Source: the human T2T-CHM13v2.0 reference genome, Homo sapiens
NCBI RefSeq assembly: GCF_009914755.1
Contig: NC_060937.1
DNA length: 64,000 nt
Direction: 5' to 3' (one strand)
The position numbers were made by a program, and so were the translations under genes. How positions within the stretch are numbered: position 1 is the stretch's first letter; every line of letters starts with the position of its first letter. Below, piece after piece: positions 27,024 through 41,034 of this stretch. The notes under the pieces were generated by a model that worked only from the letters and a program-made list of their open reading frames with translations, made no database searches and was not told the origin of the DNA.

Positions 27024-29253
27024 TTTTGAGAAGTTTGTGTCCATATCATTTGCCCATTTTTTGGTGGGGTTGTTTTTTTCTTGTAAATGTGTTCAAGTTC
27101 CTTGTAAATTCTGGTATTAAAACTTTGTCAGATGGGTAGATTGCAAAAATTTTCTCACATTCTGTAAGTTGCCTGTTCATGCTGATGATAGTTTCCTTTG
27201 CTGTGCAGAAGCTCTTTAGTTTAATTAGATCCCATTTGTCAATTTTGGCTTTTGTTGCAATTGCTTTTGGCATTTTTTGTCATGAAGTCTTTGCCCAAAG
27301 GCCTTCGATAAAATTCAACATCCCTTTATGCTAAAAACTCTCAATAAACTAGGTATTGATGGGACATATCACAAAATAATAGGGGCTATTTATGACAAAC
27401 CCAAAGCCAATATCTTATTGAATGGGCAAAGCTGAAAGCATTCCCTTTGAAAACCGGTACAAGAGAAGGATGCCCTCTCTCACCACTCCTATTCAACATA
27501 GTATTGGAAGTTCTGGCCAGGGCAATCAGGAAAGAGAAAGAATTAAAGGATATTTCAAATAGAAAGAGAGGAAGTCGAATTGTCTCTGTTTGCAGATGAC
27601 ATGATTTTATATGTAGAAAACTCCATCATCTCAGCCCCAAAACTCCTTAAACTGATAAGTAACTTCAGCAAAGTCTCAGGATACAAAATCAATGTGCAAA
27701 AATCGCAAGCATTCCTTCACACCAACTATAGACAAGCAGAGAGCCAAATCATGAATGAACTCCCATTCACAATCGCTACAAAGAGAATAAAATACCTAGG
27801 AATACAGCTAACAAGGGATGTGAAGGACCTCTTCAAGGAGAACTACAAAACACTTCTCAAGGAAATAAGAGAGGACACAAACAAATGGAAAAATATTCTA
27901 TCATCATAGATAGGTAGAATCAATATTGTGAAAATGTTCATACTGCCCAAATAAATTTATAGATTCAATGCTACTTCCATCAAACTACCATTGACATTCT
28001 TCACGGAATTAGAAAACAATATTTTAAATTTTATATGGAATCAAAGAAGACCTCATATAGCCAAGACAATCCTAAACAAAAAGAAAAAAAAGCTGGAGGC
28101 ATCATACTACCTGATCCCAAACTATACTACAAGGCTACAGTAACCAAAACATTATGATACTGGTACCAAAACAGACATATAGTCCAGTGGAGCAGAACAG
28201 AGACCATAGAACTAATTCTGATCTTCAATAAATCTGACAAAAACAAGCAATAGGGAAAGGATCTCCTATTCAGTAAATGGTGCTGGGAAAATTGGCTAGC
28301 CACATGCAGAAAAGTGAAACTGGACCCCTTCCTTACACATCATACAAAAATTAACTCAAGATGGATTAAATACTTAAATGTAAAACCCAAAACGATAAAA
28401 ACCCTAGAAAAAAACCTAGGCAATACCATTTGGGACATAGGCATGGGCAAAGACTTCATGACAAAACTCCACAAGACATTTACATGGCCAAAACACATAT
28501 GAAGAAAAGCTCAACATCACTGATCATCAGAGAAATGCAAATCAAAAACACAATGAGATACCATCTCTCGCCAGTCAGAATGGCAATTATTAAAAAGTTA
28601 GGAAACAATAGATGCTAGCAAAGCTATGGAGAAATAAGAACACTTTTACACCGTTGGAGGGAATGCAAATTAGTTCAACCATTGTGGAAGACAGTATGGC
28701 AATTCCTCAAGGATCCAGAACCAGAAATAGCATTTGACCCAGCAATCCTATTACTGGGTATATACCCAAAGGAATATAAATCATTCTACTATAAAGACAC
28801 ATGCACACATGTGTTTATTGCAGCACTATTTACAATAGCAAAGACAAGGAGCCAACCCAAATGCCCATCAATGATAGACTGTATAAAAACAAATGTGGTA
28901 CATATATGCCATGGAATACTATGCAGCCATAAAAAGGAATGAGATCATGTCCTCTGCGGGGACATGGATGAAACTGGAAGCCATTATCTTCAGCAAACTA
29001 ACTCAGGAACAGAAAACCAAACACCACATGTTCTCACTCATAAGAGGGAGTTGACCAATGAGAACACATGAACACAGAGAGGAACAACACACACCAGGGC
29101 CTGTTGGGTGTGGGGAATGAGGGGACAGAACTGAGAGCACCAGTCAAGAGGTGCAGCAAATCACCAGGGCACACGTATACCTGTGTAACAAACCTGCACA
29201 TTCTGCACATGTATCTTGGTTGTTTTTTTTTTTCAGAAGAAATAAAAATAAAT
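27024..29253 (+). mobile_element. 5'-truncated, rearranged L1PA8-like element: inverted segment 27024-27297 (-), sense ORF2 and 3' UTR 27298-29253 (+)
   Basis: 12-bp TSD AAAAGAAAAATC at 27012-27023 and 29254-29265. ORF2 RT motif [10 protein letters not shown]. 3' end …cacatgtatc…tttttttcagaagaaataaaa is typical of L1PA8. Confidence 0.93.
27298..29060 (+). pseudogene. Inactive L1 ORF2 fragments (RT and C-terminal region)
   Basis: ORF pieces 27580-27909 (FADD…[10 protein letters not shown]…IKYLGI), 28314-28502, 28430-28618 and 28682-28942 are separated by stops and frameshifts. Confidence 0.88.
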
Positions 29254-30183
29254 AAAAGAAAAATCAATATTATATTTATGATACAATTCATAAAACTTTA
29301 TTTCATAGAAGGTCATTTTGAGGATTAAATGAGATGAGTTTATAATAAATTGTAATGTTACAAAGCAACCAATTGTTAAAATAGGGTAAGAATAAGTAAA
29401 ATAAAATAGTTTTAGTTCAATTTAAGTTTTCACTTTTTCTACCACATGACTACACAGTGTATAACTAGATGCAATGAAACTGGGCATATGATTTTTTAAA
29501 AATTATATGATAGTAAAACTCTCCTGTCTAAACCATGCATGTGCTTTTATTGTTAGTCGTAAGTAGTGGCTTAACTGCTTCTAAAACTGGGTTTAAAAAT
29601 ATATATACTGAAACAGTGCAGGTACACTGGCAATAGAAACAGTACTCTTTAACTTGAATTACTGCACACAAAACCATGTTGAAGGTAACTATTATTTATG
29701 AGAAGATGATATATTACTTTTAGTTCTCCTGACAATCTTTATGTATATTTCTTTTACCCAAGACAGTTGCAATTTAACAGTGCATTAAAAGACCATATGC
29801 TATACCATTTGTCATATGCTATATTTATATAAACTATGCTATTTCCTGGTTGAATCCTAATTAATCTAGCAAACACCTCATTGCCTTTGAAAAAATCTGA
29901 CTCTATTTTAAGGTTAATTAATAAACTATTGCAACATTACTGACACATTAAGTACACATATATATTTTTCTTGATATCCAGAAAACTCACAGGGTACTGG
30001 GGAAACTTTCTTTATAGTATCACTTTAGTCATGTTTAATTGTAGCCTTTCTTTATGCTTTCAGCATTACATTAAGTTAACACCGTATTTGCTTTTTTAAT
30101 ATAGTATCAACTAGTAATTGAAAGATAAGAATTTGTGGTGCCTAATGAAAGGGCAGCCATATAAAGAATTGTAAAAATGCAAC

Positions 30184-30212
30184 TGTGTGAGTGTGTGTGT
30201 GTGTGTGTGTGT
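30184..30212. repeat. (TG)n microsatellite
   Basis: Read directly from the sequence. Confidence 0.95.
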
Positions 30213-32362
30213 TTTCTTTATCACACAAAAGCTCTCAGATCATCCTGACACCAATATCTCGTCGTACATTGAAAAGAGTGTACCCTCCTACCCTCAGGAT
30301 GTCTTCCTAATATTTCTCACAAATGCATAGACTCTGACTAAGCACTTTCCAGGTTCAAAACACAAAATACAAATTACCCCCCCAGCATATTCCTAATTGT
30401 AAACTGCAAGACCGGGTACACCGAAAGTCATTTTCACAAGCATGCTATCTCAAAATTTCACAGAGAAAACAAACATAATCAAAAGCAATCAAATTAATCA
30501 ACAAACACAACCAATGATTCGATCTAAATCATTGATTCTAACCTTTAGTTAAAAATAATTAACAAATTGTCTGAGTCCTCATTTTATGAAAATGAGACTC
30601 TGATGAGACAGTGGGGATAAAGCCCAAAAATCTACATATTCAATAATCTAAGACAGGGGTTCCTTGCATACATATTGAAAAATACAGCACGCTATTCCTT
30701 TTTTTGGGGGGGTATCTATTATAGCAAATAAATGGAAATACTCCTTGTTTTACATATTTATAAAACATATTTGATTTTTACTTAAGAATAACATTTTGGA
30801 AACTTACTATTTTATTGCTTCCAATTAACTTTCTTACTACAATTTGGAGGAAACCCAGCACTTTTTTGCCCTTTAGAACAAGTGGATTTCTTTAAAATAA
30901 AAAAGATAAAGAATGAATCATTCATTTATCCCATGTGCACAAATGACAGCAAATGACAGTTTGGAAAGTACACACATGTACAACAATAAATAGGGCTGAA
31001 AAGAAAGCCACAAAATAGTCAAAAGTAGAATGATTGAATATGTAGTTCCTGGCAATATGAGACTTAGACATATGTTGTCATTTGGGTAATAATTGGTTTC
31101 CTGTGCATTAAGAACTAAAACCTGAAATGTCAGTAGCTCATGAATTACCAGCTAGTAGTGTCCTATGATGGGCTTTCTTACTAGAGTTCAATTTTAAGCC
31201 GTAATAGAATTTCATAAAAGCACTTCTACTTGTATTTAATTTAGACTTTCAATAAGTGTTTTATTTCAGGTAGAAAAAAAAAATGTTTCTAAATGCAGAA
31301 TCTTAAGGTCGTATTAGTCCTGCTTGAGACAAAACCCTTTGCTAGCACAACTATCTAGGACACAGAAAAATATAAAGTGTTTCATTGTCAGTTAAGAAAA
31401 AAAAAAGCCTAGTGAAATTGGTTGTGTCTTGCTATATAAACAATATTACTTGGTGTTTTGGGGGTCTTTACAGTTTGCTTTATTAATACATACAAAAAAT
31501 ATTAAACGAATTCTCATTTGTGCCCAAGAATCATGTAAATTACTAAAGTAATAGGCATAATTAAGCCCTTGATCCATCCTTGCCCTTGATAAAGCAACAG
31601 TCTGAAAAGTTATTTTTAGTGAGAATGAGTCTAAAATAATGGATTTACAAAGGTATAAATCAGAGGCTAAAATGATGAATAACAGAGATTACCTACATTT
31701 ATATATTAACTAAATGAAAACAAGAAAAAAAATCTGAGCTCATTACAAGTACTATACAAACAAAAATTGTATAGATTCCATGGTTGCCACCTGGGGCCTT
31801 ACATATTTACTAGAAGTAATAAATAAGAAGATAAATTTATAAACATCTCACTCAAAAATATCTCATTGAGAACTGAAAAAGGAAAATAGATTAAACCAGG
31901 ATCACACGTAAGAGCTAGATTTTTTAACGAACATGTACATTGGGTTTAAAATAAAACATTAATGTATATGGTAACAGGAATAACTAAATTAAAAAAAAAA
32001 TACAAAACTATCTTACTCCCTGTCCATTAAGCAAGGACCATGAAAGAATAGTCAACCCAAATAGCCCTTAGGAAGCGGTAAGAACACAATGAAATCCAAG
32101 AGAAAAGTACACATCATAAGTAATCAGCATAAATTGAGATGTGAAGTAAGAATTAATAAAATGTAAGGTAGACATATTAAAAATAATCATGAGGCTAAGA
32201 TAGAGTATATGATGCTTATTATCTTAAAACATCATCTTTAATACATTAATTATTATTGCATAACAGAGAAGCTCGATGTTTTTCTTCACTTGGAATGTGG
32301 TTGAGATTTCTGCCTTATTCTTTGGGAAGGTAGATAATATAATTTAATTTTAAATATAAATA

Positions 32363-32520
32363 TTTATTTATTCATTTGAGACAGCATCTTGCTGTGTCAT
32401 CCAGTAGAGTGCAGCGGTGCAAACCTAACTTGGTGAAGCCTCAAACTACTGAGTTCGTGATTCTCCCGTCCCAGCCTCCTAAAATACTAGGATTACAGGC
32501 ATGAGTCACTGTGTTCAGCC
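32363..32520 (-). mobile_element. Old Alu monomer (FRAM/FAM-like)
   Basis: gagacagcatcttgctgtgtcatccagtagagtgcagcggtgc…ggattacaggcatgagtcactgtgttcagcc, flanked by similar aatt(t)taattttа-type sequences. Confidence 0.82.
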
Positions 32521-34433
32521 TAATTTTAATTTTAGAATAACGTAAATAATTCTAGGGGTGTAGTAATTATATTTAAAAGGTAACTGAGAAGTTGCAGCAA
32601 TAATGGTAGAGATAAGTTAATGATTTGCCTGTGGTAACGAAAACTTGACAATCTCCCCTACCCCGATGAAGGATTTACTAGATACATGACAAAATCAGAC
32701 ATTGTAGAAAATGTCAGGAGTTTTCAGTAGTTACAAGTTAAAGGAGGAAGATAAATCATTAAAGATTTCAAGATTTGGAGGACAGCCAATTATTTGAACA
32801 GCGACAGTAGAGAAGCTGGTTGAAGCTGCTGGTCACCAGGGGTAGTTAACAGAGAGCAGTACCCTGTATTGAGAACTTTTTCTTTTTGCTTTGTTCTCGT
32901 TTTCAAAGAAAATTGTGGACTACATAGAATGAAGACAGTGAACAAGTGAAGGTGGTATAACAGGATGATAAGAATGAACCAGAAGAAGCGAACCACACAT
33001 CTAAAGCCACCAAAGATGAGGGTAAACTGTCTTCTTCCTAAACATTGGATACTTGAGTGTGGAAGAAAGGATATCCATTTATTGGACTACTCAGTGAAGA
33101 AGGCCTGATATTGACAAACATGAAACTTGAAGGAAAGAAAATAATGCATGCAGCACTGACGTTGGAGGTAGATGTAAGGGTTAACTGGAAAAAGGAAGAT
33201 AATTATGAGGCGGGGGAATGTAGAGAAGCAAAGTAAGGAAAAAGATTAAAAGATCTGCTGGTGCCAGCAGTGGTTTGGACTGTGGCACGGGGTGGAGGAA
33301 GCAGGGGGAACTTGAGGTGGTGATCAGAGAGAAAACTACATTGGTTGATGGAACACGGCCTACAGCGAACAAGCTTTTTCTTGCTCTTTAGCATTCTAAT
33401 GATCTATGAAACAACGTGAAAGCTAATTAGAATGTTCACAAGAAAATTTTTAAATCTATGCAACATGCTTTATGCTATTCAGAGGAATTCACAGAATTGG
33501 CTACAAGTTAATAGCAACAAAATTATTGGGAAAATCCCTTGAAGAAAACACATATTTACACATTACAATACATTCCAGGTACATTTCTCTCATTTCCTAT
33601 TCATTCTCTAAATTCTTTTCTGTCACTCAATTTGAAATAGAAACAATAGATGAAGTAGTACAGTTTTAGTTAGCCCATCTACACTTCAAACTATAATTGC
33701 CTACTGATGGATATGAAATTTCTCTAATGTATTCTATCCAGATAGTTCAGAGACAACTGCTTTTCAAGAGTTTTAGTACATTTTCTGACACTGAGTTCTA
33801 GAATATTTTGACATTGATTTAAAATTTAAAAAAAAGATTTGCTTGGAAAATTACTATACTATGAAATATAGTTTTATAGCTTATGAAATTGGAAAAATAA
33901 AATTCTATTTTTAACTCTTTTCAAATTCCACTGGCAGTTGTCTTAATGTTTCTTTGAAATACACCTAATTTACATTAAGTCAAAAATGTTATAATTTTGA
34001 TTTTCTCTTCATAGTTCCACTTCATATTTAGTTTGCAACTACCTTTTAGATCATGTACTTCAGGGTATGAAATACTTAATCAACAATATTTAAAATAAAA
34101 GTTTTCTAAAATAAAATTTACAGACTCTTTTTGTGGAGACATTTAAAGTTTCATTTCATAGTTTGCACTCTTTCTATATCATTAGCGCCCTCTTTCTTGG
34201 CTACCATTACCAACAACTAAAGATTGGAGAACTCAATGGAATGAAAAGGACTAAATCTAAAGTTACCCTTTCTTAATTACTTGTTTTGGAATTTGAAATA
34301 CATTGACATTTAGTACCGTATTCATTATACCGAAAAATGAATAAACAATGAGTTTGCTTTAGTCTCTTTAATTAAAAATGAACTGAAATTTACTCCCCAC
34401 TATGTGTGGGTCATTGTACTTAGGAGTTCACTA

Positions 34434-34803
<370 letters not shown>

Positions 34804-35360
34804 TGTATGATGGTATAGACGTACAGACACTTGCATATGAATTTTCCAGCACACCTCTATGGAGGAAATTGGCAAGTAATATAGACTGAAGCATTAGATT
34901 GAAATGTCTGGTAATGCAATGTCAAGTGCAACCAAATGGTAGGAAGGATGTGTCGTACTTCAGAATTTCCAAATCATACAAGCTTAAACACTCATATTAT
35001 ATAGGTATTTTATGAATTTTCAAAAATATGTCAGCAGAAAGATTGTAGAAAAGACTGAAAGTCCCACTTGTTCAACACATGAAGCCAGAGGCAATAAGAT
35101 TTAAGGGTGTATATGAATACATATTACTGACTGCCTTTGGAATTACCCATTATTGAAATCAGAGGCCTTTAGCTTACTGATGTGGTTGTTAGCAGCTTGA
35201 ACGAAAGGGTTCATAGAGTGAAGGTCTAGGTGAATGACTACAAGCAGGTTTTGCGTCTTAATTTATCTTTAACTGAGCCTTTTCCAAATTATTATATTTA
35301 GCCCGGGTTTCTTCATCTCCACTGCCATACACCTCTCAAAATGATCATTATCTGGAATAG

Positions 35361-35688
<328 letters not shown>

Positions 35689-35777
35689 AGTTCATATGAT
35701 TTTAAGCCACAAATCTGATCAGTTTAAAGTGTAATTAGTATCCATTGATGTCTTTTCATTTCACTTTACCATCAACT

Positions 35778-36170
35778 ATACCAGTTAAGAATTGTGTTTG
35801 CCTGCTAGTAGCAATGACAGGAAACAGAGCAGCTTAAATGAGATTATTAGTTATAATTTTTTGTCGGACACATTGATCAAAAGTAATCAACCTAATATTT
35901 GTATTAGAATCTCATGATAGCACCAAGGACCCATGATCTTTCACTAACTGTCCCGCCAACACTAGCTTTTGACTTCCGTTCTCAACTTCACCTCATATTT
36001 CAAGACATTTTCAAGGAAGAAGAAGAAGAGAGCCCACACTAGCCACCTATTTCTCTTCTCAAGGAGATAAACTAAAAGCTCTATCCTGCATTTCCCTTCT
36101 ATGTCTCCTTGTTTAATTGTGGTTAGCTGTAGGGAATGCTGGAAGATTGGGTTGTTCTTCTAGGCACCCT
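35778..36170 (-). mobile_element. Old MaLR LTR (MLT1-type)
   Basis: cagttaagaattgtgtttgcctgctagtagca…cagcttaaa…caaggaccc…tagctgtagggaatgctggaag. Confidence 0.55.
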
Positions 36171-36894
36171 TAGGTTACAGATAGAAAAATTTTACCTTAG
36201 ACGGCAAATATCCAGAGAAGAGAGATATCTGATGTTAGAATACGAAAACAATATGATTATCCAAATGTTTCCATGTGTAATTTATTCCCATTTTTAACAC
36301 ATTGTAAGCTTTAATTATAATATTATTTTAAAATATTATACGTTGAAACATAAGATTATTAATATGCATATTTTAAATTATATTCAGTTTTTCTTTGTAA
36401 ATTGAAATATTAATTTTGAAAAATTAATTTGCAAGACATGAGCTGTTAAGTCACTTCACAAAAGGTTATTTGAGCCTCTACTTGATGTGCTTTTTTTTAA
36501 AAAAAGTTGAAACTGTATAATCTAAAATATGTGTGTTTCAATTAATTCAGTCTTTAAAATGCTTTCACAAGGGGAAGAGTCACAACTGTATGTTCAAAGA
36601 GAAGAGCTATCTTTATTATTATAACATTTTTTCAAAGCTTACAGTATTATTTGGTTAAAAATTACTTTCAGACACAAAATATTGACTATCAGATGTTAAA
36701 ATATTTCAAACAAATGAAACAAATTCATTAGAAGAATTGGCTAGATATTTTTTCTCATTGAATAGAAGATTTGCTACATAATCTTGGAAAATGAACTTAA
36801 TTCCTCTTGTTAAATAAGAATTAGCTACAAATTAAATTGGAAGGAAATTAGAGTTATCAGCTACCTGCAAACATAAATGAATATAAATGTGATT

Positions 36895-38375
36895 TTCCAT
36901 TTTTAAGTAAGTATATTTTTCGTAGAGTAAAATCTACCCACTTTAGTTTTATCAACATATTCAGTCATGTGATCATCACCAATATCAAGGTGTTTTCAAC
37001 ACTGGAAAAAATTCCTCCATGTTCCTTTACAGACGGAGACTCCCCTGGCATTGTCATTAATTTGTTTTCTCTTCCTGTAGTTTTGTGATTGTAAGAAGGT
37101 CAAATAAATTGAATCAATTCTGTAGGAAGCCTGTTGATTCTGGCTTCTTTCAATTTTAGATCAATCCATATAGTTTCATATCTCATTAATCTATTCCTTT
37201 GTATTCCAGGGATGTATTCCATTGTATACATGCAATACATTTTGTTTATTCATTCCGCAGGTAAAGCACAAATGGCTGTTTTCAGTTTTTGTTGATTGCA
37301 AATAAAACTGCTATAAATATTTACATATAGGTTATTAGTGAACATTTGTTTATTTTTACAGAAACAGCTAGGCATGGGATTGATGGATCATATGGTAAAT
37401 GTTCCCATAACAAGGAATTGAAATCATATTTCCCAAAGTGACTGTATGATTTTGCATTCTTAGGGAAAGCATTGTGACTTCCAGTTGCTTTATGGTTTTG
37501 CCAGTACTTGTAATTTTTTAGAAATTTAATAAACATGCAGTAGTAACATATTATTATATTCATATTCTTTTCCCCAATTATTATTGATGTTCAGCATCTC
37601 ATGTTTATTTGCCATCCATATGTCTGTTTTGAAGACCTGACTGTTCAAATATTTTATTTAAAGTTAGGGATATTTGCTTTCCTTCTTATTGATTTTTGAG
37701 AGTTCTTTATATTTGTGGATGCAGATATGCGACTTTAATATATTTTCTACCAGTGTGTAGCTTGTGTTTCATCTCCTTAATGCTATCTATTTTTTTCATA
37801 GAGTACAATGTCTTTATTATGGTAAAGTCGAATTTATCAATATTTTATTTTATGAGTTTTGCCTTTGTGATGACCTAAAAAAACTTTGCCTAGTGCAAGA
37901 TCACAAAGGTTTTTCCCTATGTTTTCTAGTGGAAAGATTTTGCTTGCTAGATTGTTTTATGTTGCTTAATTTTAAATTTCATTAGGTCTATGGTACATTT
38001 TGAGGATTTGTTTAAGTGGATGGGAGATACAGATTCACTTTCATTTTTAGCATACATGTGTTCAATAGTTCCAACACTGTTTATGAAAAGACTGTTCTTC
38101 CTCCAAAGAGTTCCCTTTGTAAATTTGTTAAAAATTCATTGATCTTCAATTTGAGTACATATTTCTGGAGATTATTTTTATTTCTTTGATCTATATACCC
38201 ATGTCTTTTCCAATTCTGCACTACCTTGAATACTATATCTTCATAATAGGTACAGAGAATAGGTAACATGAGTAAGCCTACTTTGTTCTTTTTCAAAATT
38301 GTTTGTTAAGTCATTTTTTTCCTTTTACATAGATTTTAGAATATAAATTTGTATAAATTTAGAATTCAGCAATTC
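36895..38375 (-). mobile_element. Old L1M (L1MC/MD-like) 3' UTR and ORF2 end; host of the nested cluster, appears to resume near 40960-41900
   Basis: gtattccattgtatacatg…tttgtttattcatt, and antisense ORF2 similarity (ORF 38081-38296 KKNKVG…LP…YYE…V…W). Confidence 0.78.
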
Positions 38376-40950
38376 CTTTTTTTTAACATTTCCCCAACCA
38401 TCCTACCTTCTCCAGCCCCTGTTAACCGCCATTCTACTCTCTACTTTAGCAGGCTAATTTTTTTAGATTCTACAAATAAATGAGATAATGCAGTATTTGT
38501 TTTTCTATGACTGGTTTATTTCACTTAACATAATGTCTTCCAGATTCATCCATGTTATATCAAATGATAGAATTGTGTGTTTTTAAAGACTGAATTGTAT
38601 TCCATTTTGTATATATACCACATTTATTTTATCCATTCATCCACTAATGGACACTTAGATTACTTCTAGATCTTCTTGTGAATAATGCTTCAGTGAACAT
38701 GGGAGTGCAGCTATCTCTGCAACATACTTATTTGAATTCCTTTGAACATATCCCCATAGGAGAAATTCTGGATCATATAGTAGTTCTATTTTAGTTATTT
38801 TTCAAGGTTGGAATACATCATTTATTTTTTCAGTTGAAAATAATAATTGTACATATTCATGGGACACATAGTGATTTTTCAATAAATAAAATATACAGTA
38901 ATCGGATCAGTGTAATTTTGTATCCTTTAACTGGTCCTCACCCTCTCTGTACCCATCTCAGCCTCTAATATCCTCTGTTCTGCTTTTCACTTCTATGAGA
39001 TAAACTTCTTTTTCAACTTCCACATATGAGTGAGAACATGCACTTCTTAACTTTCTGTTTCTGGCTTATTTCACTTAACACAATGTCCTCCCGTCTCATC
39101 TCTGTTGCTTCAAATGGCTAGATTTCATTCTGTCTTATGGCTGAATAGTATTCCGTGTGGTGTGTGTGTGTAGACACATTTTCTTTAACCATTCATCTGT
39201 TCAACACCTATGTTGATTCCATATCTTGGCTATTGTAAATAGTGCTTTAATAAATGTGGGGGTGCAGAGGTCTGTTCAATATAATGATTTCCTTTCCTTT
39301 GGATAAATTCTGAGAACTGATAAACAAATTGAGTAAAGTTGCAGGATACACATTAATAGTTTTATTTTTTTGATGAACCACCATACTGTTTACCATAATG
39401 GCTTTACTAATTTACATTTTCACCAGCAGTATAAAAAGATTACCTTTCTGCATATCCTCATCAACACTTTTTATCTTTCCTCTTTTTGATAATGGTCATT
39501 CCAACGTATGTAGTGAAATCTCATTGTGGCTTTAATTTTGCGCTAATCTGGTGGTGATTAGTGATGTTAATCTGGCGGTGATTAGTGAGGTTGATTATTT
39601 TTTATATATACCTGTTGGCCACTTTTATGTCTTTTTTGACAAATATTTATTCAGAACATTTTCCCCTTATTTAATAATGTTATTTGTATTCTTACTATTA
39701 GTAAGTTAAATAACTATTAGTTGCTAGTTCCTTGGACATGTTGGATATTTATCCCTTATCAGATGAATGGTTTGCAAATATTTTCTTCAATTTCATAGGC
39801 CATTCTTCAGTTTGTTAATTGTTTCCTTGACTGTGCACAAGTTCTTTAGTTTGATGTTATCTTATTTGTCTCTTTTTGCTTTTGTTCCCTGTGCTTTTGG
39901 GAGTCATATCCAAAAATTCATTGCCCATGCCAACGTCATGAAGTTTTCACTTATGGTTTCTTCTGGTAGTTTTTTGATTCCAAGTTGTACGTTTAAGTTT
40001 TCATTGTAGTTTGAGTTGATTTTTGTATATGGCATGAGATAAGGGTTTAATTTAATCATTTTTTTGCATATTATATCTAGTTGTCCCAACTCCATTTATT
40101 GAAGAGGCTGTCCTTTCCCTGTTGTGTGTTCCTGGAAACTTTGTTGAAAATCAATTGACCATAAATATGTGGATTTATTTTTGGGCTATCCATTCTATCC
40201 CATTGGTCTATGTGTCTGTGTGGGCTTCATTCTTTCAGGCCCTCTGGTAGCTACTGGGTTTCTGCCATCCTAGATTTCTAATCAGAAAGAAAATAGGGCT
40301 TCTCTCTCCTGGATCCACTACAAACATTCCCAGAAAGGGATTCTGCATTGGCACAGCTTGAATTTTTATGCCACTACTATGCTCTTTTGATTAATATAGC
40401 TTTGTAGTATATTTTGAAGTCAAGTAGTATAATGCCTCCAGGTTTGTTTTTTTGATTTAAGATTGCTTTGACTATTTAAGGTTTTTCATGGTTTCATATA
40501 AATTTGAGGGTTTTATCTCTATTTCTGAAAAATATGTCTTTGGGATTTTGATAAAAATTGAATTGAATCTGTAGATTATTTTAGATAGTATGGACATTGA
40601 ACAATATTAAAATTTCTAATCAATAAATATAGTATATATTTTCATTTATTTGTGCCTTCTACACTTTGCTTCATCAATGTTTTATTACTTCTAGTGTACA
40701 AGTCTTTCACCACCTTGGTTAAATTCATTTGTAAGAGGGCCTTTATGTAGCTATTATAAATGGTATTGTTTACTTGATTTTTGTTTCATATAATTTGTTA
40801 TTAATGTATAGAAATGATACTGCCTTTTGTATGCTAATTTTGTATCCTGCAAATTTATTAAATTCAGTTATTACTTTTAACAGTTTTTTGTGGGGTCTTT
40901 AGGGTGTTCTATATATAAGATCATGTCTTCTGTAAACAGGGACACTTTAA
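38376..40950 (-). mobile_element. L1MA/L1MB-type element, interrupted at 38793-39353 and 40220-40362
   Basis: tttttagattctacaaataaatgagataatgcagtatttg…; antisense ORF2 (ORF 39904-40095 KLNPYLMPYTKINS). Confidence 0.82.
38793..39353 (-). mobile_element. Short L1MA (MA4/5-like) 3' fragment with a 40-bp 5' inversion, nested in another L1
   Basis: 3' UTR aataataattgtacatattcatggg. Sense ORF2 piece at 39311-39350. TSD tagtagttctatttt / taatagttttatttt (13 of 15 identical). Confidence 0.78.
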
Positions 40951-41034
40951 GATAATGTATTGATTTCCAAAAGGAAAACCTTGCTGAAAATCTGATTGGA
41001 ATCACACTGAATCCATAAATCAGTTTAGGAAGAA

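Larger units (their letters stand above)
26905..29340 (+). mobile_element. MIR split by the L1 insertion (left part ~26905-27020, right part ~29266-29340)
   Basis: ggcctttggaattccacagtaatggatttgaatgcagtctc…aggttattgaatct on the left, and ttcatagaaggtcattttgaggattaaatgagatga on the right. Confidence 0.6.

Noticed and set aside
27580-27909. Reverse-transcriptase motif (FADD) as a possible novel RT system
   Set aside because: Ordinary L1 ORF2, broken by stops and frameshifts and 5'-truncated.
30570-30603. Short imperfect hairpin gagtcctcatttt-atg-aaaatgagactc; a similar one at ~52994-53027
   Set aside because: Short, AT-rich and imperfect, within chance expectation for 64 kb.
39544-39591. 24-bp tandem duplication taatctgg(t/c)ggtgattagtga(t/g)gt
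   Set aside because: Ordinary small duplication inside a dead L1.
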